64,000 nt of DNA from an uncultured Candidatus Saccharibacteria bacterium (GTDB lineage Bacteria; Patescibacteriota; CPR2_A; CAYFQT01). Where the stretch lies: contig CAYFQT010000024.1 in the NCBI GenBank assembly GCA_964345445.1, positions 4,634 to 68,633 on the forward strand, read 5' to 3'. Each line of letters starts with the position of its first letter. Positions within the stretch are counted from its first letter, which is position 1. A program made the translations under genes and the position numbers. Below, piece by piece: positions 46,310 to 54,175 of this stretch. Below the pieces are notes generated by a model. It made no database searches. It had not been told where the DNA came from and was given only the letters and a program-made list of their open reading frames with translations.

Positions 46310-47350
46310 TACTGACTAATTTTTGAAATTTGACAAAGAATTAATAGTTTGTTAATATATTTTTTACATAACGAACATTGAAAATTAATATATAAATGTC
46401 TTCCATTTTAATCTAGCGAGAGGCAAAAATTGCTGGCTCGAGGAATCGGATCTGGCTCAGTATCTGAGCCGGGCCGCATTTTGCGCTTGATTCTATTCGT
46501 ACTATTAAATCGCTGAAAAAGAGCCAGCTTTCCTACTAGCTATCTTCGCGTCAGTTGTCTATAGTTTTCAATTATGTATAGACAGTTGCATACATGCCCC
46601 AGTTAACTGGATATATAGAATTGCATGTATGAGCGTGGCGCGTCAATGATCTGTAGTTGTCAATTATGTACAGATGGTTGCATATATGCCCCGGAATATC
46701 CGGATAGGTAGAATTGCATATGTGAGCCCAAGCTAGTAGGAAATATGATGAGAGGGGAAGGGAGACTCTGTTCTGGAAGGAATAAAAGGGTTTTAGGCTA
46801 AATATTCAGGGAGAGTACTGTTCTCTTGACAGTTGCCAGGCATTATAGATCAAATGTTGAATCTCTTCTTGGGCATCTTTTTTACTTAGAAAAAATTTGA
46901 GTCTTGTTCAACCAGCCCAGAAGAACAAGATTTATACCCCTCTCATTACCTTTTTTGATTTCAGTTTGGACTGGGTGGTAAGTAAAATTATAGGAAAGGT
47001 GGCATAACCTCCTGAGATTTCAAAATTGGATATTTTTATTAAGCCACCCAGTCCACCAAAGTTGTACCTGGGGATTGTAAGTGATGGGTAGGGAAGTCCG
47101 AACTTCTCCATCCCCGATAATTTCGTCCGAAAGGACTAGGAAAAAGCGGACTAACCCAGGCACATACTTAGCAACAGATTTGTTTTTTGCAGCTTTATAT
47201 CTAAGGATATAAGGTGCTAGGGTGTAATTTACAAGCTGTTGCTGGACATTTCTTATTGTGATAAAATTCGCCGCGTGTAACACAGGGAGAAAGGGAATTT
47301 TGGAGATTTCCCTAGTGATTGAAAAAATTTTCCTTCTCTCTGGTCAACTC
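46310..47350 (+). ncRNA. Candidate large structured non-coding RNA or very long structured 5' leader (ORF-free, GC-elevated)
   Basis: No credible ORF over ~1.3 kb; local GC is well above the ~30% background. Immediately downstream of the consensus promoter. Many perfect hairpins: 46454-46470; the domain 46532-46740 with two covarying modules; 46903-46929; the 11-bp inverted repeat 46968-46978 / 47044-47054. Confidence 0.35.
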
Positions 47351-47424
47351 AACAGCAAAGATGTAGTGTTTTTGCACAACATTTCCCATCTTTGCTGTTT
47401 TTTAAATCTTCAATATTATCTTGT

Positions 47425-47470
47425 AAATATATAAAAGTATCGCGGTCGCGATAAAATAATATATTTTGAT
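47425..47470 (-). repeat. Third, inverted copy of the AT-flanked cgcg-core element (aaagtatcgcggtcgcgataaaataatatatttt)
   Basis: Near-identical to the reverse complement of copies A/B (one substitution in the core). Contains the quasi-palindrome ATCGCGgtCGCGAT. Confidence 0.7.
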
Positions 47471-47507
47471 ATTTTAAGTTATTGTTAAAAAGACAGTTTA
47501 ATGCTAT

Positions 47508-47654
47508 ACTTTTTAATAATGGAAACTCTGCGGGCAAATACCCGCATTTTCCCAAAGAAACTGTTTTCTTATTGTACCGAGAAAATTTTACCAAATTCTC
47601 CCATAGTTTATGCCAAGATTTTTATTCGGTACAGTATAAAAGGAGCATAGATTT
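47508..47654 (+). promoter_or_regulatory. Leader RNA element copy A (aaactctgcgggc...acccgcattttcccaaag...tgtaccgagaaaat...cggtacagtataaaaggagc) upstream of folD
   Basis: Homologous to 49276-49466. Stem gcggg/cccgc. Stem tgtaccgag/tcggtaca flanks the RBS. Confidence 0.45.
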
Positions 47655-48500
47655 ATGGCCGCTAAAATTTTAGATGGAAAAAAAATAGCAGAAAAAATTT
47701 TAAGCAAGGTAGGAAAAGAAACAGAGAATTTTAAAAAACAAGGAATTATTCCTTGCTTAGCTTGTATTCTAGTAGGCCAAAATCCTGCCTCCCAAATTTA
47801 TGTAAGAAATAAAAAAGAAGCTTGTGCTAAAACTGGGATAGTTTTTCGATTGTTTTCTTTTTCTGAAAATGTGACTGAAGAGGAAATTCTTGATAAAATA
47901 AGGGAATTTAATTTAGATAAATCAATTCATGGAATTATAGTTCAACTACCTTTACCAGAATATATTAATAACCAGAAAATTATAGAATCTATTTCACCCC
48001 AAAAAGATGTAGATGGATTTCATCCTCAAAATTGGGGAAAATTAGCCTATAATGAAAAAGGATTTGTCCCAGCTACTCCAGCAGGTATTTTAAGATTATT
48101 AGATGAATATAATATTTCACTAGCTGATAAATATGTTGTGGTTGTTGGTATGAGTAATATCGTGGGGAAACCTTTGGCTTTGCTTTGTCTGCAGAGAAAT
48201 GCTACAGTAACTGTTTGCCATAAAAAAACTAAAAATTTAAAAAATCATACCAGAGGTGCTGATATTTTGATTTCGGCAACCGGAGTTCCTAAATTAATTA
48301 AAAAAGATATGGTTGGTAAAGATGCCGTTGTGGTTGATGTAGGAATAAATAGAGTTGATGGTAAAATAACAGGCGATGTAGATTTTGATAATGTAAAAAA
48401 TATTGCCAGTTTTATAACTCCCGTACCTGGCGGAGTAGGACCAATGACAGTAACTATGCTTCTGGTAAATGTAATTTTTGCAATAAATAAAAATACTTGA
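47655..48500 (+). CDS. folD: Bifunctional methylene-THF dehydrogenase/methenyl-THF cyclohydrolase
   Basis: MAAKILDGKKIAEKIL...CLACILVGQNPASQIYVRNKKEACAKTGI...GIIVQLPLP are FolD signatures. Confidence 0.9.
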   Translation: MAAKILDGKKIAEKILSKVGKETENFKKQGIIPCLACILVGQNPASQIYVRNKKEACAKTGIVFRLFSFSENVTEEEILDKIREFNLDKSIHGIIVQLPLPEYINNQKIIESISPQKDVDGFHPQNWGKLAYNEKGFVPATPAGILRLLDEYNISLADKYVVVVGMSNIVGKPLALLCLQRNATVTVCHKKTKNLKNHTRGADILISATGVPKLIKKDMVGKDAVVVDVGINRVDGKITGDVDFDNVKNIASFITPVPGGVGPMTVTMLLVNVIFAINKNT

Positions 48501-48524
48501 CAAGATTTTATAATATGTTAATAT
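48497..48524 (+). promoter_or_regulatory. Candidate promoter (TTGACA-16-TAATAT) downstream of folD
   Basis: tacTTGACAagattttataatatgtTAATATcgg. Confidence 0.35.
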
Positions 48525-48807
48525 CGGATTAATATCAAAAGAATTTTTTTTAAATATTTATAATTTAAGAGTCGAGAATCTGAAATACTTGACTCTATTT
48601 TTCATACACGAAAGAGCACGAAAATTTGCATAAATATTCACTAACACAAAAAGTTACAAACACGAAAATGTTTGTTTCACAAAAGGATTTTTTTATAGAC
48701 AAAATTAAGTATGAATGAATTGCACGAGAAGTTACTAAGATTATAGAATATTTTTAGTATTAATTCCTTTATGTTTCGTGTCATTTAGTGTCAAGGAGGG
48801 TAAAAAA

Positions 48808-49275
48808 ATGATACAGAGAAAAATATTTTTAACTAAAGAAGGTTTAGAAAAAATAAAAAAAGAATTGGATGAACTTATCAATAAAAAACGTCCAGAAGTA
48901 ATTAAGAGAATTAAAGAAGCCAAGGCCTATGGAGATCTTTCAGAAAATTCTGAATATGAAGATGCTAAAAATGAACAGTCATTTATTGAAGGAAAGATTT
49001 CTGAACTTCAAAATATGATTAAAAATGCTCAAATAATTGATAAAAAAGATAAAAAAAGCAATATTATATCTTTAGGTTCTACAATTATTGCATCTTTAGA
49101 TGGAAAAGATAATGAATACACAATCGTTGGTTCTGCAGAAGCTGATCCTTCAAAAGGAAAGATTTCTAATGAATCTCCTATTGGTGAAGCGCTTTTGGGT
49201 AAAAAAGCAGGGGATGAGGTAGAAGTAGAGGTTCCTGCTGGTAAAATTAAATTTAAAATCAAAAACATAAAATGA
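48808..49275 (+). CDS. greA: Transcription elongation factor GreA
   Basis: KIFLTKEGLEKIKKELDELIN...RIKEAKAYGDLSENSEYEDAKNEQSFIEGKISEL is the GreA coiled-coil signature. ATG 48808 follows RBS aaggaggg. Confidence 0.85.
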   Translation: MIQRKIFLTKEGLEKIKKELDELINKKRPEVIKRIKEAKAYGDLSENSEYEDAKNEQSFIEGKISELQNMIKNAQIIDKKDKKSNIISLGSTIIASLDGKDNEYTIVGSAEADPSKGKISNESPIGEALLGKKAGDEVEVEVPAGKIKFKIKNIK

Positions 49276-49466
49276 AAACTCTGCGAGCATCTGCCCGCCA
49301 ATAACTTCCTGCCCGATCGTGCCTCGCAGTGGCAGGCGGGCATACCCGCATATTCCCGAAGATATAGTTTTCATACTGTACTGAGAAAACTAGCGCCAGA
49401 TTAGTCCCAAAAGCTTTGACTACGAGTTTTCTCTGGTACAGTATAGAAGCTAAAATAGGAAATTGA
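49276..49466 (+). promoter_or_regulatory. Leader RNA element copy B (longer, with ~35-nt insertion) upstream of the membrane protein gene
   Basis: aaactctgcgagcatctgcccgcc...ctcgcagtggcaggcgggcatacccgcatattcccgaag...actgtactgagaaaact...gagttttctctggtacagtatagaagc. Complementary stems ctgcgag/ctcgcag and ctgcccgcc/ggcgggcat. Confidence 0.45.
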
Positions 49467-50087
49467 ATGCTAAAGATATTATCAAAAAGCTTTCAAGTAT
49501 TTCTGCGGCTTAAAAAAATAATAATTTTGGTATTTTTATTATATATTTTTTCTTTTTTAGTTGGATATATTTTAGTAGGGGTATATAAGCTGGAATGGAT
49601 TTTAGAATATAGAGAAAATATAGTCCAAGATATTTTTCAAACAGGTCCTTTTAAACAGATTATTATTTTTTTATTTCAAGAAAAGTTTATATTATCAATT
49701 ATTTTGACTTTTGGTTATAATTTAATTATAGGAGCTTTCCTAACCACGACTTTAGTTGGAGTGGTATTTTTTATTCCACTTATTGTTACTGCATTAAGAG
49801 GTTGGATTTCCGGAATTATTTTTTTTGGAGTTTTTACTACTTTTGGAAGAACTGTCTTAGCTTTAGGAACTTTATTTTTAGAATTTCTAGCTTATTCTTT
49901 ATCCGCAGCCGGAGGTATACATATAGGGCTTTCTCTTATTAAACCCTGTCGATATAAAACAAAAAGGCGCATAAAAGGTTTAATTTTAGCATCTCTTGAT
50001 GTACTCTATTTATATTTATTTATTGTGATATTATTAGCATTGGGTGCAGTTTGGGAAATAATAGGAATTGTTTTATTAAATTTTTAA
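49467..50087 (+). CDS. Hypothetical polytopic membrane protein
   Basis: About 6 TM helices and no motif recognised. Preceded by the structured leader element at 49276-49466. Confidence 0.5.
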   Translation: MLKILSKSFQVFLRLKKIIILVFLLYIFSFLVGYILVGVYKLEWILEYRENIVQDIFQTGPFKQIIIFLFQEKFILSIILTFGYNLIIGAFLTTTLVGVVFFIPLIVTALRGWISGIIFFGVFTTFGRTVLALGTLFLEFLAYSLSAAGGIHIGLSLIKPCRYKTKRRIKGLILASLDVLYLYLFIVILLALGAVWEIIGIVLLNF

Positions 50088-50097
50088 GAGGAAAAAA

Positions 50098-51642
50098 ATG
50101 ACTTTTTGGGCAGATAAAATTGCTTTGGAAATTATTAAACAAAAAGGCAAAGAACAAAATATTGCCACGGGGATTACTCCTTCTGGACCTATTCATATTG
50201 GAAATATAAAAGAAGTGATTACAGCCTTTGCTATTTTAAAAGAATTGGAGGATCAAAAAGCAAAACCAAAACTGATTTATATTGCTGATGATTTTGATCC
50301 TTTACGCCGACTATATCCTTTTTTGCCTAAAAAATTTGCTCAACATGTGGGTAAACCTCTATTTTTAATTCCTGATCCTTTTGAATGCTGTGAAAATTAT
50401 GCCCAGCACTTTTTGAAGCCTTTTTTTGAGTCATTATCAGAGCTTAAAATTAAACCTCAGATTTTTTATGCCAGCGAGATGTATGAAGAAGGTTTATATA
50501 CGCCATATATTAAAGAAGTTTTATCTAATATCAATAGAATTAAAAAGATTATTGAGGAAGTTTCTGGGAGGAAAGTTAAAGAAGATTGGATTCCTTATAA
50601 TCCTCTATGTAAAAAATGTAATAAGATAACAGATACTAAAGTCACCAATATAAATTTAAATAAGAGTTATGTTCAGTATGAATGTGACTGTGGTTATTCT
50701 GGTAAAGCTGATTTAAAAAAAGCAGAGGGTAAATTGCCTTGGCGAATTGACTGGCCAGCCAGATGGAAGATTTTGAAAATAACAGCAGAGCCTTTTGGTA
50801 AAGACCATGCTGCCCCGGGCGGTTCCTATGATACCGGCCAAAAAATCTCTAAAGAGATTTTCTCTTTCTCCCCACCTTTTCCTGTTTTCTATGAATGGAT
50901 TTATTTAAAAGGGAAAGGCGCTATGTCTTCATCTCGCGGAGTATTTTTTGAAGCCAATGATTTTTTTTCTATTTTACCTCCTGAAATTTTAAAATATTTA
51001 ATTTTGAAAGTAAGACCAGAAAAACATATAACTTTTGATCCTTCTGAAGGGCTGGCAAATTTAGTTGATGAATTTGCTGAATTGGAGGAAAAATATTATA
51101 AAAAGAAGGAAAAATCCAAAAGAAGTAAGATTTACCAGTTAAGTCAAATTCAGATTAAAAAAAGAGTTCTACCTCCTGTTTCTTTTAGGCATTTAGTTAA
51201 TGCAACACAAGCAGCAAATGGCAAATTTGATGAAATGTGTAGAATTTTGGAAAGAACAGGTCATAAAAAGGCCACAAAAGATAAAAATTTGTTAAAAAAA
51301 CAAACAAGAAGAATAGAAAATTGGCTTAAAAATTATGCTCCTGATAATTTAAAATTTCAAGTTTCAAAAAATTTACCTGAACAAGTTAAAGATTTGAATA
51401 AAAAACAGAAGGAATTTTTAAAAAAATTAGCAGAAAGTTTTAAAAAGCAAAAATGGGAAGCGGAAAAACTGCATAACAAAATTTATGAGATATTGAAAGA
51501 TTTAAATCTAGAACCATCTTTGGCTTTTAGTGCTATATATATTTCTCTATTAGGTCAAGAAAGTGGTCCCAAAGCAGGGTGGTTCCTGACGGTTTTAGAT
51601 AAAGATTTTGTAGTTGAAAGATTCAAACGAGCCGCCAAATAA
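50098..51642 (+). CDS. lysK: Lysyl-tRNA synthetase, class I (LysK-type)
   Basis: GITPSGPIHIGNIKEV is the HIGH-type motif. GKGAMSSSRGV is the KMSSS variant typical of class I LysRS. About 514 aa. A central Cys cluster is present. Confidence 0.8.
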   Translation: MTFWADKIALEIIKQKGKEQNIATGITPSGPIHIGNIKEVITAFAILKELEDQKAKPKLIYIADDFDPLRRLYPFLPKKFAQHVGKPLFLIPDPFECCENYAQHFLKPFFESLSELKIKPQIFYASEMYEEGLYTPYIKEVLSNINRIKKIIEEVSGRKVKEDWIPYNPLCKKCNKITDTKVTNINLNKSYVQYECDCGYSGKADLKKAEGKLPWRIDWPARWKILKITAEPFGKDHAAPGGSYDTGQKISKEIFSFSPPFPVFYEWIYLKGKGAMSSSRGVFFEANDFFSILPPEILKYLILKVRPEKHITFDPSEGLANLVDEFAELEEKYYKKKEKSKRSKIYQLSQIQIKKRVLPPVSFRHLVNATQAANGKFDEMCRILERTGHKKATKDKNLLKKQTRRIENWLKNYAPDNLKFQVSKNLPEQVKDLNKKQKEFLKKLAESFKKQKWEAEKLHNKIYEILKDLNLEPSLAFSAIYISLLGQESGPKAGWFLTVLDKDFVVERFKRAAK

Positions 51643-51648
51643 ATAACT

Positions 51649-51677
51649 CTTGACAAGGATTATATATCTTTATAAAA
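51649..51677 (+). promoter_or_regulatory. Candidate promoter (AACTCTTGACA-17-TAAAAT) abutting the lysK terminator hairpin
   Basis: taactcTTGACAaggattatatatctttaTAAAATaaaacttgcc. Ambiguous because the terminator hairpin starts 4 nt downstream. Confidence 0.3.
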
Positions 51678-51680
51678 TAA

Positions 51681-51710
51681 AACTTGCCTTTAAAAATAGG
51701 CAAGTTTTTT
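51681..51710 (+). terminator. Rho-independent terminator after lysK
   Basis: aacttgcc tttaaaaata ggcaagtt tttttg. Confidence 0.5.
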
Positions 51711-52385
51711 GAAAATTGAATTTAATTATCCCAGGTAGGTGGCAAAAAAACAAGAACACTGCTCCTTATTCCTTTTCGGGGAAAAGGAGAGATGTTATCA
51801 TGTGTTCTATTGTGGCGCTCAAGTTTTAAAACCCTATTCTTTAGGATTAAAGAACAAGAGTGTACCACCAGCACTTATCTGGGATGCAATTTATGCCGCG
51901 GTAAAGTAAGAAGTGAAAGAGCGATAAATTGAAAAAAATAAGCCCAAAATAAAAGCGAAAGAGGGGATTTGAGGCTAGAAAATATTCAAAAAAACCTTCA
52001 CTTGTTTGCTTTTTTGCCGCGGCGCCAGCTTCCCCATGGTTAACAGAAGCATGGGTCTCGAAAACCAAGGGGAATGAATTGAATCTTGGGGAGGACAGTT
52101 AAAAAAGATGTGAGTAACTACCTCAAATGTGGATTAGATCTTTATTTGAGGTTATTATTGTCCTCCCCGCCAAGTTTGGAGAGAAGTAGTGTAAATTCCA
52201 CATTTTCCTCATGTTGTCCCTTGCAGCATGACCTCCTTTGGCTGTACTACATGAACCTCTCCTTTTTTCTTTTTACCCTTGATAATTGAGGGTATTTTTT
52301 TTATACTTATATTAGCACACAGCACACCTGCCTGCCGGCAGACAGGTAGCATATAGCCCAAGTCTAATTTCATTATGGAGTAATT

Positions 52386-53636
52386 ATGTTAGATATAAAA
52401 TTCATCCGCAAAAATCCTCAAAAAGTGAAGAAGTCAGCCAAAGATAAAGGGGTTAGTGTTGATATTGCTAAACTTTTAAAATTAGACAAAAAGAGAGTGG
52501 ATTTGATTCAAAGAAGAGATCATTTAAGATCAAAAAGAAAATCTCCCAAAAAACCTACTAAAAGTGAAATAACAAAAATTAAAAATATTAAAAAAGATTT
52601 GGGAAAAATAGAAAAAGATCTTTCGGAGATTGAAAAAGAATTTAAAAATTTAATGTTACAGATTCCTAATCCTGCTCGCCCTGATGTAAAAATAGGAAAA
52701 GACGAGTCAGATAATGAAGTGATTAAAAAAGTTGGTAAGCCAACAAAATTTTCTCATAAACTTAGAGATTATATGCAAATAAGCAAGGATTTAGATTTGA
52801 TTGATATCGAACGAGCTTCTGTTACTTCTGGCACTCGTTTTGGCTACCTGAAAAATCAAGTGGCTCTTTTGGAATTCGCTATTGTTTCTTATACATTAAA
52901 TACATTGACTAAGGAAGGATTTATTCCTGTTGTTCCTCCAGTAATGGTCAAAGAGCAAGCTATGGCGGCAATGGGATATCTAGAGCATGGTGGGGGAGAA
53001 GAGATATACCACTTGCAAAAAGATAAATTATATTTAGTGGGAACTTCTGAACAATCTGTTGGACCAATGCATTCAGATGAAATTTTATCCGAAGATGAGC
53101 TACCTAAGCGATATACAGCTTTTTCCACTTGTTTTCGGAGAGAAGCAGGTTCTTATGGAAAAGACACTAAAGGAATTTTTAGAGTACATCAGTTTGATAA
53201 AGTGGAAATGTTTTCTTTTACCAAGCCTGAAGACTCAGATTCGGAACATGAATATTTTTTAAGTTTGGAAGAAAAATTAACCAAAAGTTTAGGTTTGTCT
53301 TATCAAGTGGTAAAAATGTGTACAGGGGATTTAGGTAATCCCGCAGCTCGGAAGTATGATATTGAATGTTGGATTCCATCTGAAAATAGATATAGAGAGA
53401 CACATTCTACTTCAACTTGTACAGATTTTCAAGCTCGAAGATTAAATATTCGCTATAAGGACAAAAAAACAGGCAGAAACGAATTTGTGCATACTATAAA
53501 TGGCACTGCCTTTGCTATTGGTAGGATTATCATTGCTATTTTAGAGAATGGTCAACAAAAGGATGGAAGTGTAAAAATTCCTGAGGTTTTACAAAAATAT
53601 TGTGGTTTTAAAGTTATAAGAAAGGAGGGAAAGTGA
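52386..53636 (+). CDS. serS: Seryl-tRNA synthetase
   Basis: N-terminal coiled coil, then class II motifs FRREAGSYGKDTKGIFRVHQF and TGDLGNPAARKYDIECWIP. Confidence 0.85.
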   Translation: MLDIKFIRKNPQKVKKSAKDKGVSVDIAKLLKLDKKRVDLIQRRDHLRSKRKSPKKPTKSEITKIKNIKKDLGKIEKDLSEIEKEFKNLMLQIPNPARPDVKIGKDESDNEVIKKVGKPTKFSHKLRDYMQISKDLDLIDIERASVTSGTRFGYLKNQVALLEFAIVSYTLNTLTKEGFIPVVPPVMVKEQAMAAMGYLEHGGGEEIYHLQKDKLYLVGTSEQSVGPMHSDEILSEDELPKRYTAFSTCFRREAGSYGKDTKGIFRVHQFDKVEMFSFTKPEDSDSEHEYFLSLEEKLTKSLGLSYQVVKMCTGDLGNPAARKYDIECWIPSENRYRETHSTSTCTDFQARRLNIRYKDKKTGRNEFVHTINGTAFAIGRIIIAILENGQQKDGSVKIPEVLQKYCGFKVIRKEGK

Positions 53637-54025
53637 GGATTTTTATTAAATCTAAAAACTTCAAAATTACCCCCCAAATAAAAGATTATATTGGAGAGAA
53701 AATTGGACGACTTTCAAAATATGAGAGTAAAATTTTAAACACCCATATAAAAATTACTTCTGGTAAAGAGAAGCATTCAGATAGCAAATTTCGAGCAGAA
53801 GTAACTATGCATCTGCCAGGAAAGATTTTCATCAGAGCTGAAGAAGCCGGATCTACGCCCCAGGCAGCCATTGATTTAGTTTCTGAAGATTTAGAAAGAC
53901 AAGTAGAAAAGAGGATGAAGAAAATGGGGAGATTGGGGATAAAGGAAAAAGACCAGCAGGCAATTACAGGCTCTTTTCCTTCAGAAGTGGAGATAGAGGA
54001 AATAGAAGAGGAGGAGTCTACCTAG
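53633..54025 (+). CDS. hpf: Ribosome hibernation promoting factor / RaiA family
   Basis: MRIFIKSKNFKITPQIKDYIGEKIGRLSKYESKILNTHIKIT...AAIDLVSEDLERQ is the YfiA/HPF fold. GTG start overlaps the serS stop. RBS aaggaggg is present. Confidence 0.8.
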   Translation: MRIFIKSKNFKITPQIKDYIGEKIGRLSKYESKILNTHIKITSGKEKHSDSKFRAEVTMHLPGKIFIRAEEAGSTPQAAIDLVSEDLERQVEKRMKKMGRLGIKEKDQQAITGSFPSEVEIEEIEEEEST

Positions 54026-54048
54026 AGTTATTATTTAAATGTTATTTT

Positions 54049-54087
54049 GGCGGTAAAATATGCTTTTTACCGCTAATTTTATATTTT
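54049..54087 (+). terminator. Rho-independent terminator after hpf
   Basis: ggcggtaaaa tatgc ttttaccgc, then taattttatattttt. Confidence 0.5.
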
Positions 54088-54175
54088 TAAGATTTATTTA
54101 AGTATGAAAAAATGGTAAAATAAATAGGTGTAGGATTAAAATGATGAATAAGAATTTAATATAAAGGAGCTTTTA

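Noticed and set aside
47060-47110. RNase P RNA (gggaagtccgaac resembles the CR-I GGAAAGUCCGGGC block)
   Set aside because: Only one partial block matches. The other universally conserved RNase P regions (AGGGUGAAA...GGUAAGAGCGCACC, ACAGAAnCCGGCUUA) are not present nearby.
47480-47654. ZTP (pfl) or THF riboswitch upstream of folD
   Set aside because: folD is a classic ZTP-riboswitch target, but I could not find the conserved pfl pseudoknot blocks. The element has a paralogue upstream of an unrelated membrane protein gene. It is kept as an unclassified leader element rather than given a riboswitch class.
51649-51710. Treating the AACTCTTGACA-N17-TAAAAT match after lysK as an active promoter
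   Set aside because: The lysK terminator hairpin begins only 4 nt after the -10 box, so initiation here would run straight into a terminator. It is kept only as a low-confidence candidate because the extended -35 box matches two better promoters.
51711-52385. T-box leader upstream of serS (and, similarly, 20227-20327 upstream of ileS)
   Set aside because: No match to the T-box consensus AGGGUGGNACCGCG on the coding strand. Only gtaccacc is found, in the wrong context. The ileS upstream region is too short (~100 nt) for a T-box.
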